From: Nanobdellota archaeon
GTDB lineage: Archaea; Nanobdellota; Nanobdellia; Woesearchaeales; GW2011-AR4
Reading direction: 5' to 3'
Assembly (NCBI GenBank): GCA_038046385.1
Contig: JBBSWH010000006.1
Location: 125-64,124 of the forward strand
DNA length: 64,000 nt
Notes under the pieces: generated by a model
Seen by the model: the letters and a program-made list of their open reading frames with translations, nothing else
What the model was told of the DNA's origin: nothing
Database searches by the model: none
Shown here: positions 1 through 7,578 of the stretch, in pieces
How positions within the stretch are numbered: the first letter of the stretch is position 1
Layout of the letters: each line of letters starts with the position of its first letter
Translations under genes and position numbers: made by a program

Positions 1-1194
1 GCCTGCTTCATAGTTCCATATTGCTGCATTGCCGGAGATGTATTCTACAACATCAAGCCCGTCTCCGATTGTTGATCCTGTATTGTTATTCTGAAGCAAT
101 ATTCTTGCAGGCAGAGTATTTCCGTTTACTGTTAATACTCTTGCTGGGTTTGCTGTTCCGATTCCAACAAATCCTGCAGAGGTTACAAAGAAGCTTGTGT
201 TTGATGCTCCTGGCGGAGTTACATTCAAGGTTCCCTGAACTGTTAATGTTTGAGCAGGTGCTGTTGTATTGATTCCAACCTTTCCTGACGAAGCAAACCG
301 AACGAACTCATTGCTTCCGCCTCCGAAAATTATATCTCTGGCGCCTGAGGTGTCACCAATAAATATTTTGGATGGTCCTCCGCCAGCGGTTATTGCCACG
401 GCATTTGCCGCAGCATTTCCAAATACAGTTGCAACAGAGTCAGCGCCATAAGCATGCAGGGCAATATTTTTTGCCCCGCTGTTTTCAACATAGAAAGATG
501 TGCGTGCTGTTGAATTCAGGTTCATCATTTCTGCCATAAGATCAGAGGAAGAATTTCCTTGAATTTGGAACTTATAAATTGGGTTTGAAGTCCCTATTCC
601 CACATTCCCGCTGCTTCCGTTCACAAACAAAACATTTGAAATATTTACTGCCCTGTCAACATTTCCAATCTGCAATAGATAAGCAGGATTGTTTATTCCG
701 ATTCCTATCAGGTTTGAAGTGGAGTCGACATAAAGTGCAGGCGCTGATGATAATCCAATTGTTAAATTACCGCTGACATTAATGCTTGAAACTGAATAAC
801 TTTGATTTGGATTCAAATTCTCTGAAACATTTGCCCTAAAAGTGTATGGAGATGATGTCAAATTAATTCTTGGCGTGCTTTCATCATCTGCTCCGACAGT
901 TATTCCAAGATAGTATTCTTTATCAAACGGCAATGTAATGTTATTCAGCATTACATCATAAACCCCATTTGCATCTGTAGTCAAAGACAAATTCTTTGAA
1001 TAAACTGCAGCTGAAACATCTGCGCTGTAATTGTCATATATTTTGAATGCAAAATTGTATGTTCCGGACTGTGATGCTCCGGCCTGGTTTGTTAATTTTC
1101 CCTGCAGGGTCAATGTTTGAGGAATAGCAAATGCGAGAGATGAAGCTAACAAAACCATAATTGCAAAAATCCAGATTTTGTTTTTAGCTTGCAT
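1..1194 (-). CDS. Secreted repeat-rich surface/fibre protein, N-terminal part only (C-terminus lies beyond window start)
   Basis: Not in ORF track because it is open at the window edge. Manual minus-strand translation from ATG (1194-1192) gives MQAKNKIWIFAIMVLLASSLAFA (signal peptide) and an uninterrupted frame to position 1. Recurring repeats GNVGIGTSNPIYKFQIQG, GKVGINTTAPAQTLTVQG and GFVGIGTANPARVLTVNG are typical of tail-fibre-like surface proteins. The ATG lies inside the last codons of upstream gene 1184..1705. Confidence 0.6.
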   Translation of the reverse strand, partial: MQAKNKIWIFAIMVLLASSLAFAIPQTLTLQGKLTNQAGASQSGTYNFAFKIYDNYSADVSAAVYSKNLSLTTDANGVYDVMLNNITLPFDKEYYLGITVGADDESTPRINLTSSPYTFRANVSENLNPNQSYSVSSINVSGNLTIGLSSAPALYVDSTSNLIGIGINNPAYLLQIGNVDRAVNISNVLFVNGSSGNVGIGTSNPIYKFQIQGNSSSDLMAEMMNLNSTARTSFYVENSGAKNIALHAYGADSVATVFGNAAANAVAITAGGGPSKIFIGDTSGARDIIFGGGSNEFVRFASSGKVGINTTAPAQTLTVQGTLNVTPPGASNTSFFVTSAGFVGIGTANPARVLTVNGNTLPARILLQNNNTGSTIGDGLDVVEYISGNAAIWNYEAG

Positions 1195-1705
1195 TTTCAG
1201 TTTTTTTCCTAGAGCGATTGTAAACGGTCCAGATGTTTGCTGGATTTTTATTCAGCAATTGGGCAATTTTCTTGTTGCGCATCTGCCTTACATTTCTAAG
1301 GTAACTAACTAAAGATTCGAGAATGCTTTTGTCAGAATTAAAAATAGCAACTGGGACTGTGACACTTTCTTTGATGTCAAAAGGCCAGGGCATTTTTTTA
1401 GCGGCTCTTTTGTAGTTTGCCCACACGCTTCTTTCGTTTCTTCCGATTAATTTAGAAATATCATTGTATGTTAGATCATAATTTTCCTTAAGCAGTTTTG
1501 TAAGGGCTTCTGCGGGGCTTAATTTTCCGGAGAAAATAGAAACAGGAACAGCAAAATAATCACCGCTCCACAGCTGAAAAATTTCCTCATTTGAATAATT
1601 GTATTTCTGCTTCAGCTTTTCTGTTATCTCGCTGAACATGCCAACTAGAAATTTCTCTTCTTGACCGGTAAAGCTGCTATCTCCTTTTTTATTATTGTTA
1701 TCCAT
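1184..1705 (-). CDS. Small protein with two tandem helix-turn-helix-like repeats (putative regulator); paralog of 4829..5335
   Basis: 173-aa ORF with two ~55-aa internal repeats (FAVPVSIF...SVWANYKRAAKK and VTVPVAIF...NIWTVYNRSRKK). ORF 4829..5335 has the same architecture. Family not recognised by name. Confidence 0.5.
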   Translation of the reverse strand: MDNNNKKGDSSFTGQEEKFLVGMFSEITEKLKQKYNYSNEEIFQLWSGDYFAVPVSIFSGKLSPAEALTKLLKENYDLTYNDISKLIGRNERSVWANYKRAAKKMPWPFDIKESVTVPVAIFNSDKSILESLVSYLRNVRQMRNKKIAQLLNKNPANIWTVYNRSRKKTENAS

Positions 1706-1741
1706 ATAATTAGGCTATTCTTATACTAATTTGTATACTAA

Positions 1742-1754
1742 TATATAAATATTT
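1742..1754 (-). promoter_or_regulatory. Putative TATA-box block of the tandem-HTH gene
   Basis: TATATAAATATTT (minus strand AAATATTTATATA) begins 37 nt upstream of ATG 1705. The identical 13-mer sits at identical spacing upstream of paralog 4829..5335. Confidence 0.45.
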
Positions 1755-1992
1755 CCATTTAGTATGGATAAAGTACTCACTTTGTGTTATAAATACTACG
1801 ATTTGTGTTAGAATTGAGCTATATTTACAATATAGAAAATAATTATTTGTACTGAATTGCTTTGTTTTTTGTCAGAAAATCACTATTTTGAATGATAAAA
1901 ATGATAGTTTGTGTTATAAAATACTAGTTTTACTAGTAAATCGAAAAGCATATAAGTAAGATATGTTTTACTTATCCTACAGGTGATTTAAT

Positions 1993-2256
1993 ATGCAAGT
2001 TGAACTGACCAGAATATCTGAAAAGGGGCAAGTGGTTATCCCATCTTCATTAAGAAAAGAGATGGGAATAAAAAAATCAGACCAATTTATGGTATTTGGA
2101 GAAGGGGGAACTGTAATTTTAAAAAAAATAGAAACTCCTGCAATTAAAAAGACATTTGATGAAATAGCAAAGCCATTACGGGATGCAGCAAAACAAGCAG
2201 GATTGACCATATCAGATGTAAAAAAAGCAATCAAAGATGTTAGAAATGCAGCTTAA
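1993..2256 (+). CDS. AbrB/SpoVT-family antitoxin-like DNA-binding protein
   Basis: ISEKGQVVIPSSLRKEMGIK swapped-hairpin motif. Overlaps the downstream PIN gene. Paralog of 39117..39377. Confidence 0.75.
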   Translation: MQVELTRISEKGQVVIPSSLRKEMGIKKSDQFMVFGEGGTVILKKIETPAIKKTFDEIAKPLRDAAKQAGLTISDVKKAIKDVRNAA

Positions 2257-2668
2257 ATTAGTTCTTGACACTAACACCATTGTTTCAGCTTTCTTTTGGG
2301 AAGGCAATGAAGCTGAGCTGTTTAGAAAAATAGAACAAGGCAGGGCAAGAGCATACATTTCAAATGAGATTCTTAAAGAGGTTGAAGAAGTAATAAAAAG
2401 GCCGAAATTTGATAAAGTTATGAAAAATGCCGGCTTAACTCAAGACCAGATTATACAAAAAATCGTTTCCATTTTTCATTTTGTTATTTCTCCAAAACTG
2501 GATATAAAAGTTTGCAGAGATGAAAAAGACAACAAATTTCTTGAATGCGCAGAAAGTGCAAAAGTGGATTATCTTATTAGTGGAGATGAAGATTTGCTGT
2601 CTTTAAAAGAGTATAAAGGAATTTCTATTGTTAGAACTTGGGAGATATTGCAGTTATTGGCAGAGTAG
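2237..2668 (+). CDS. PIN-domain ribonuclease toxin-like protein
   Basis: LVLDTNTIVSA N-terminal acidic motif, DEKDNKFLECA, and ISGDEDLL near the C-terminus (PIN acidic residues). Paralog of 39374..39787. By alignment with the paralog, Met4 (2246) is an alternative start. Confidence 0.75.
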   Translation: MLEMQLKLVLDTNTIVSAFFWEGNEAELFRKIEQGRARAYISNEILKEVEEVIKRPKFDKVMKNAGLTQDQIIQKIVSIFHFVISPKLDIKVCRDEKDNKFLECAESAKVDYLISGDEDLLSLKEYKGISIVRTWEILQLLAE

Positions 2669-2684
2669 TTTATTTATTTAAAAT

Positions 2685-4871
2685 TTAAGTTACACTTTGG
2701 TTGAAAACAACATTTCCAAGAAAAGTTCCTTTAAGATATAAATCGCCTATGGAATCGAAGTAAGCAACCGGCTGCTGATCTTTATCAGAAATTATAAACG
2801 ATTTCGGGGTTGGAGCCAATTCGTTTTGATTTTCAAACATGCTTCCTTTTATTACAAGGTTGCCTTCAGGATGTGTAATGACTGCAGAATATCCGCCTGA
2901 TCCTTCGATAACAAAATCATTTGAACCAGGAGTATAATCTAAATCCTGCAATAAAACCCCCTTTATGTTAAGTATTCCGTTCGAATCAAAAACTGCAAGC
3001 TGATTGTCAGACCTGTCCCTTATTTCAAAAGAGCCGTTTGCTGTGTTTACTGTAGGAAGATTGAATTCTGGCGGCAGGACAAAAACAGTAAAAATATTGG
3101 ACTGGACAATATTTTCAGAATCGTTTGCAGTGATGAACATCGGCATTGTCCCTTCAAAATCACTTACAGGAGATATTGCTGCAATGCTGCCTGCAAATGA
3201 AACCTGAACGCCGCTGTTTCTGTAATAATCATAAGTTAATTCGTCTCCGTCGGAATCCATAAAGTATTCTGACATGTTAAGCCTTGCATGTGATGATGAC
3301 GATATATTTATGCCGCTGAAGTTCTTCACGAGCTCCGGAAGCGCATTGGCAGCATCTTCAAGCATATTGTATTTTATTGAGTCTATTTTCAATATTGCGC
3401 CATCCACTTCAAAAATAAGCTTATATGGACTTTTGTTTAATCCATAGATGCTGCAGGTTTCCTCGCATCTGCCTTCAAACGATATAACATCATCGTAAAA
3501 GATTATGCTTAAATTTTCTATTGCAGAATTTACAACTTCATTTGTTCCGTTATCGTAAGATATCACCTGCGCATAAATCGTATTTTTATATCCAGCGCCG
3601 TCCTTGTTGAATGTTGAATAATAAACATCATCCCAATTGTCAGACGACGGAATCAAATCTATCAGGGAGCAGCATTCTGAATTTCCGCTGCAGAACCTTG
3701 TCAGCGTGTCATCATCGATGTTGTGCAGTTCCCATTTTGTGCACAGCTTTGAATAGTCAACAGGCCAGCTGAAAGAAGCATCAGCTTTAACATCAACAGC
3801 ACCGGTTATTGCCTCTTCTCCGTTGTCATTTGCATCATAAACAGTTCCCGTATTGTAGCCAAGGGAAATGCTTATTGAATTTTCCTCAGGAGCCGGAGAG
3901 ATTATTATAATGCTTTTCGATGCCGCAAAATTTCCGTCAGTTGCGCTTACCTCAACTGTGAAATTGGCATTTGATAAATTTGTTTCCAGATGCAGAATGC
4001 CGTCTTCAATTGCTTCATCAATGTTTTCTTCATCTGAGACCGAGAATCCGAGCGCATCATCGTCTTCATCGGAAAAATGCTCCGATAAATTGATTGAGGT
4101 GGCTCCTGCCAGAATAAATGATTCTGTGCCTGATATCCATACAGGCGGGTGATTGATGCTCGTTTGCTGCATAGATACTTCTATGCCGATAACGTGCACA
4201 GTCTGGGCAATTCCGTCTGATGCAGCCAGAGCAACTGATTTCTTTTTTGACCCGTTTAAAATCGCTTCAGCATACAAAAGCCCGTTCTCCAAATGGAGCG
4301 AGATTTCATCTTCATCAGAAACACTATAAGCCAATGCATCATTGTCTGCATCAATAAAATATTTTGAAAGGTTGATGACTGCAGTTCCGTTTACTTTAAA
4401 TTCTTCCGGGCCGGCCCATTCCGGCCTGCTGTTCTTTGATTTTTTTTCCTCGTCATCTGTCTTGTTTTCTTTTTTATCGTTGCCTGCAACAAATCCGGTA
4501 ATCAGGTTGATTATTCCTTTTGTTTCGTTTGTGCTGTCCAGATTACTGCTGTCAAAAACAAGGTACCTTTCATTTCCGCTTTCAAGATAAACTTTCGCGC
4601 TTCCGTATTTGCTTAAAGTTCCGCTCAATGATAACGATTTTAAGCTTCCATCTCCGAGATTCATCTCATAAGTCCCGTTTGATGTTATCACAAGGCCGGG
4701 ATTTATCTCGCGGGAAACTTCTTTGATTATGAAGCCCGTTATAGCCGGGCCGAAGTAATAGAATGCAGCTGATGCAACTATCAAAGCCGTTAAAAACAGT
4801 GCAATTTCCTTTTTATTAAGCTTATTTTTCATTTTTTCATTTTTTTCTTTGCCCTGTCGTATATTGACCAT
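2685..4871 (-). CDS. Large membrane-anchored/secreted surface protein with three cadherin/He_PIG-like repeats
   Basis: N-terminal hydrophobic anchor IALFLTALIVASAAFYYF. Three repeats start INLSKYFIDADNDALAYSVSDED, INLSEHFSDEDDDALGFSVSDEE and LNMSEYFMDSDGDELTYDYY. Met14 (ATG 4832-4830) forms an ATGA overlap with the stop of 4829..5335 and may be the real start. Confidence 0.6.
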   Translation of the reverse strand: MVNIRQGKEKNEKMKNKLNKKEIALFLTALIVASAAFYYFGPAITGFIIKEVSREINPGLVITSNGTYEMNLGDGSLKSLSLSGTLSKYGSAKVYLESGNERYLVFDSSNLDSTNETKGIINLITGFVAGNDKKENKTDDEEKKSKNSRPEWAGPEEFKVNGTAVINLSKYFIDADNDALAYSVSDEDEISLHLENGLLYAEAILNGSKKKSVALAASDGIAQTVHVIGIEVSMQQTSINHPPVWISGTESFILAGATSINLSEHFSDEDDDALGFSVSDEENIDEAIEDGILHLETNLSNANFTVEVSATDGNFAASKSIIIISPAPEENSISISLGYNTGTVYDANDNGEEAITGAVDVKADASFSWPVDYSKLCTKWELHNIDDDTLTRFCSGNSECCSLIDLIPSSDNWDDVYYSTFNKDGAGYKNTIYAQVISYDNGTNEVVNSAIENLSIIFYDDVISFEGRCEETCSIYGLNKSPYKLIFEVDGAILKIDSIKYNMLEDAANALPELVKNFSGINISSSSHARLNMSEYFMDSDGDELTYDYYRNSGVQVSFAGSIAAISPVSDFEGTMPMFITANDSENIVQSNIFTVFVLPPEFNLPTVNTANGSFEIRDRSDNQLAVFDSNGILNIKGVLLQDLDYTPGSNDFVIEGSGGYSAVITHPEGNLVIKGSMFENQNELAPTPKSFIISDKDQQPVAYFDSIGDLYLKGTFLGNVVFNQSVT

Positions 4872-5335
4872 ATTGTGCGGTCGTCGCGCTGCATCATGAC
4901 AGCGATTTCATGATTGGAATGATTTTTTGATTTTAGAAAAGCAACGATGCTTTCGAATGTTGACAGATTTCTGTCAGAAATAATGGAAACCGGAATCATT
5001 TCATTTCTTGATAAGTCAGAAAAAGAACCTGGAAATTTTTTTGATGCGTTGCTGTAAGTCGTCCAGATTGTCTTGCCGCTTCTGTTGAGCAATTTCGCTA
5101 TTCTGGAAAATTTAAGGTTTAAATTTTCTTTGAGGTATTTTACTGTGTTTTCAAGGCAGCTTAACTTGTCGTTGTTGAATATGCCAATCGGGATGAAAAT
5201 TTCTTTTTTTTGCAGAATTTCTTCGGCAGAGATATCATGGGAGTTTTTTAGATTTTCAACAAATGCTGCAATGACTTCCAGCTTGTCTTCTTTTGAAAGA
5301 TCCTTAAAGTTAGCTACAAATTCCTGTTTTTCCAT
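4829..5335 (-). CDS. Small protein with two tandem helix-turn-helix-like repeats (putative regulator); paralog of 1184..1705
   Basis: Repeats IFIPIGIF...KTIWTTYSNASKK and MIPVSIIS...RTIWSIYDRAKKK. Same gene order (regulator followed by a surface protein) as at 1..1705. Confidence 0.5.
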   Translation of the reverse strand: MEKQEFVANFKDLSKEDKLEVIAAFVENLKNSHDISAEEILQKKEIFIPIGIFNNDKLSCLENTVKYLKENLNLKFSRIAKLLNRSGKTIWTTYSNASKKFPGSFSDLSRNEMIPVSIISDRNLSTFESIVAFLKSKNHSNHEIAVMMQRDDRTIWSIYDRAKKKMKK

Positions 5336-5371
5336 TTTGTTTAGTATAAACCCTATTCTGTAAGAATTTAG

Positions 5372-5384
5372 TATATAAATATTT
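5372..5384 (-). promoter_or_regulatory. Putative TATA-box block of the second tandem-HTH gene
   Basis: TATATAAATATTT begins 37 nt upstream of ATG 5335, identical in sequence and spacing to 1742..1754. Confidence 0.45.
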
Positions 5385-5536
5385 GGTTTTTGACTAAAAA
5401 TTTAATAATTTTATCTTAATTAATAATACTTTTATCCTATTTAATAGGTAATTTCTTATTAAATAAGTATATATTTCTTATATAAAGAGTAAAATAACTT
5501 ATATAATGGGGATAATAAATGTGTTAGATAGGCTAA

Positions 5537-5592
5537 TTTTGCTGTCGTTCGCATTGAAATTTGAATAGGTTATTGCCAAAATCCCCATTGCA
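5537..5592 (+). repeat. Intergenic element, copy 1 (related inverted copy at 35868..35921)
   Basis: Blocks TTTTGCTGTCGTTCGCATTGAA and AAAATCCCCATTGCA. The 14-mer TCGTTCGCATTGAA (5545-5558) is an exact reverse complement of 35900-35913. Confidence 0.55.
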
Positions 5593-5862
5593 TAGAGAAA
5601 ATCCATAGGATTTTCGAATTCCGAAAATTTCCTAAATTTTCGATAATTTCCTTTTGGCTAAATGTTTTACAAAATAATGCTCACATGTCGTAAATTGAAG
5701 ATTTACGAGCATGCTCAAAAATTTATTATATCGCGAAAATGCTATACATTTTCGGGATCCCAAAAATCTTTGATTTTTGTGATATTCGTAAAATTGAAAT
5801 TTTTGACATCTTGACGGCAAAATTATATTTTGACTAATTGTCCCATACATAGTTTTATTAAT

Positions 5863-6795
5863 ATGGACTTGTTGATTTATGAAATGAAGCACGGCTGGAA
5901 AGTAACCATATTGCTTGTTCTTTTTTTCCTGATTGCACAGGTTGTCGGCTTGTTAATAGTCAACAAATACATTGACCACAAAGCGAGTTCTTTAAAGCAG
6001 GAAACTGTTATGAAACCCTTGCCTTACAATCTTGAAAGGCCTGAAGTTGAGAATAAATCGTCTTCATTTGTTTACATCACAATTTCACTGATAATAGGGA
6101 CTGTTCTTGTACTGCTTCTTGTGAAGTTCAACAAGCCGGCCATATGGCGCTTTTGGTTTTTCTTCACCGTTGTTCTTACTTTGTCGATTGCTTTTGCAGC
6201 TTTTATTGACGCAAAGATTGCATTGGTAATTGCCATTATACTAACATTACTTAAGCTTTACAGGCAGAATGTAATCACACAAAACATATCTGAAATTTTT
6301 ATTTACGGCGGATTGGCTGCTGTTTTTGTGCCGATAATGAATGTTTTCGCTGCTTTCATGCTGCTGCTTCTGATTTCTGTTTATGACTTCATTGCGGTCT
6401 TCAAGACAAAGCACATGATAAAGCTCGCAAATTTCCAGTCGGAATCCAAAGTCTTTGCAGGGCTTTTGATACCTTATGACAATAACACTTCTGTGAAGAC
6501 GCATTCAAGAGCAGAATCAAAAAAAACTGTGATGGTTGAATCGAAGCATCCTGTTGCGGTGCTTGGAGGAGGGGATATCGGATTTACGCTGATATTTGCA
6601 GGCGTTGTGATGAAAGGGCTTATGCTGCAGCAGCCTGAATCAATTGCGTTTATGAAAACACTGATAATTCCGTTGTTCACCGCAATTTCTCTTTTGTTTC
6701 TTCTTATAAAAGGGCAGAAGAACAAGTTCTATCCTGCAATGCCTGTGCTGAGCATTGGGTGCATTATCGGGTATTTTGTTATTTGGATGATTTAA
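5863..6795 (+). CDS. Presenilin/signal-peptide-peptidase-like intramembrane aspartyl protease (family A22)
   Basis: Multi-pass membrane protein with LLISVYDFIAVF (YD), AVLGGGDIGFTL (GxGD) and FYPAMPVL (PAL-like) motifs in canonical order. The track start 5830 is TTG. The first ATG (5863) follows a TATA-like AAATTATATTTT block. Confidence 0.7.
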   Translation: MDLLIYEMKHGWKVTILLVLFFLIAQVVGLLIVNKYIDHKASSLKQETVMKPLPYNLERPEVENKSSSFVYITISLIIGTVLVLLLVKFNKPAIWRFWFFFTVVLTLSIAFAAFIDAKIALVIAIILTLLKLYRQNVITQNISEIFIYGGLAAVFVPIMNVFAAFMLLLLISVYDFIAVFKTKHMIKLANFQSESKVFAGLLIPYDNNTSVKTHSRAESKKTVMVESKHPVAVLGGGDIGFTLIFAGVVMKGLMLQQPESIAFMKTLIIPLFTAISLLFLLIKGQKNKFYPAMPVLSIGCIIGYFVIWMI

Positions 6796-6796
6796 A

Positions 6797-7177
6797 ATGC
6801 CAATTAGTATCAAGACTTTGAGCAACTTGCTGTTTGCCGTTCCATTATTTATGGCAGTGTTTTTTAGATTATATTATATGATTTTCTTCATTGGATTTGT
6901 TCTCATAATTTCTTCAATTTATCATATTTATGATGAAAAAATGTTAAGCTGGCTCGATACTGCTGCTGCCTTCGCGCTAATAGGCTCAAATCTGGTGCTG
7001 GTGTATCTGTCAAGATTCAAATCTCCTTATTTTTATATGGCAATGGTATTTGTTGCCATTTCATTCTTTTTTTATTTTGGGCAGAATTCAGATAATTACA
7101 GCACCTACCATTCTTTATGGCATATATCCTCTGTAATTATCACTATTTTCTGCATTCTTGGGTATGTGCATAGATAG
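6797..7177 (+). CDS. Small four-helix membrane protein, function unknown
   Basis: 126-aa hydrophobic ORF starting 1 nt after the stop of the protease gene. Contains IYHIYDE and HSLWH motifs. No family recognised. Confidence 0.4.
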   Translation: MPISIKTLSNLLFAVPLFMAVFFRLYYMIFFIGFVLIISSIYHIYDEKMLSWLDTAAAFALIGSNLVLVYLSRFKSPYFYMAMVFVAISFFFYFGQNSDNYSTYHSLWHISSVIITIFCILGYVHR

Positions 7178-7206
7178 CCGGGCATCTGGCTATTTGATAG
7201 ATAAGC

Positions 7207-7214
7207 TTTAAAAT
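7207..7214 (+). promoter_or_regulatory. TATA box for SRP RNA
   Basis: TTTAAAAT lies about 20-25 nt upstream of the predicted 5' end of the SRP RNA. Confidence 0.45.
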
Positions 7215-7231
7215 CAATATATATTCTACAA

Positions 7232-7528
7232 CACCGGAGGACTCTGCCGGGAGGTTAGCACTCTCCTGTTAGCGCTAACGTGCTTCAAGCGCGGTGAAGT
7301 TTGGAAAGAGGCATAGGCTATTGCATTTGGTCTTGATCCCTACGTCGAGACTTTGCCCCATAGGACTGATGTTTTTGAAAATCCGTCAGGTCTGGAAGGA
7401 AATGTGCGAAAACACACCTAATGCAGCGGTAATCTTGAGCATTGGTGCTTATGGGTTACAGAGTTGAGGAAGGAACAAGGTAGCTAAATGTGACGGTTTA
7501 TGCCCATTTCTAAGCGCGTCCTCCACTT
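7232..7528 (+). ncRNA. ffs: Signal recognition particle (7S) RNA
   Basis: GC-enriched non-coding stretch. GTCAGGTCTGGAAGGAA (7385-7401) and GCAGCGGTAA (7423-7432) match the universal helix-8 GNAR-tetraloop region GUCAGGUCCGGAAGGAAGCAGC. The 5' GGAGGAC (7236-7242) pairs with the 3' GTCCTCC (7518-7524), followed by an oligo-T run. Ends are approximate (+/-10 nt). Confidence 0.7.
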
Positions 7529-7578
7529 ATTTTACCACTGGACATCTGTGCGCGTAGGGTATTTAAAGTAGTTATTTT

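Noticed and set aside
5632-5892. 86-aa minus-strand ORF in the long intergenic region.
   Set aside because: It has no motifs, overlaps the presenilin-like gene start and its promoter, and spans the palindrome-rich regulatory region.
7536-7546. Shared 11-mer CACTGGACATC near both solitary endonuclease genes (7536-7546 and 49704-49714), considered as a possible common target or recognition site.
   Set aside because: An 11-nt match is expected many times by chance in 64 kb on two strands, and there is no extended similarity around it.
7232-7578. Because a LAGLIDADG gene follows, I considered that the GC-rich stretch is an rRNA fragment or a group I / archaeal intron carrying the endonuclease.
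   Set aside because: The stretch has the SRP RNA helix-8 signature. Its 5' and 3' ends pair (GGAGGAC/GTCCTCC) before the ORF begins and an oligo-T follows. I recognised no rRNA motifs.
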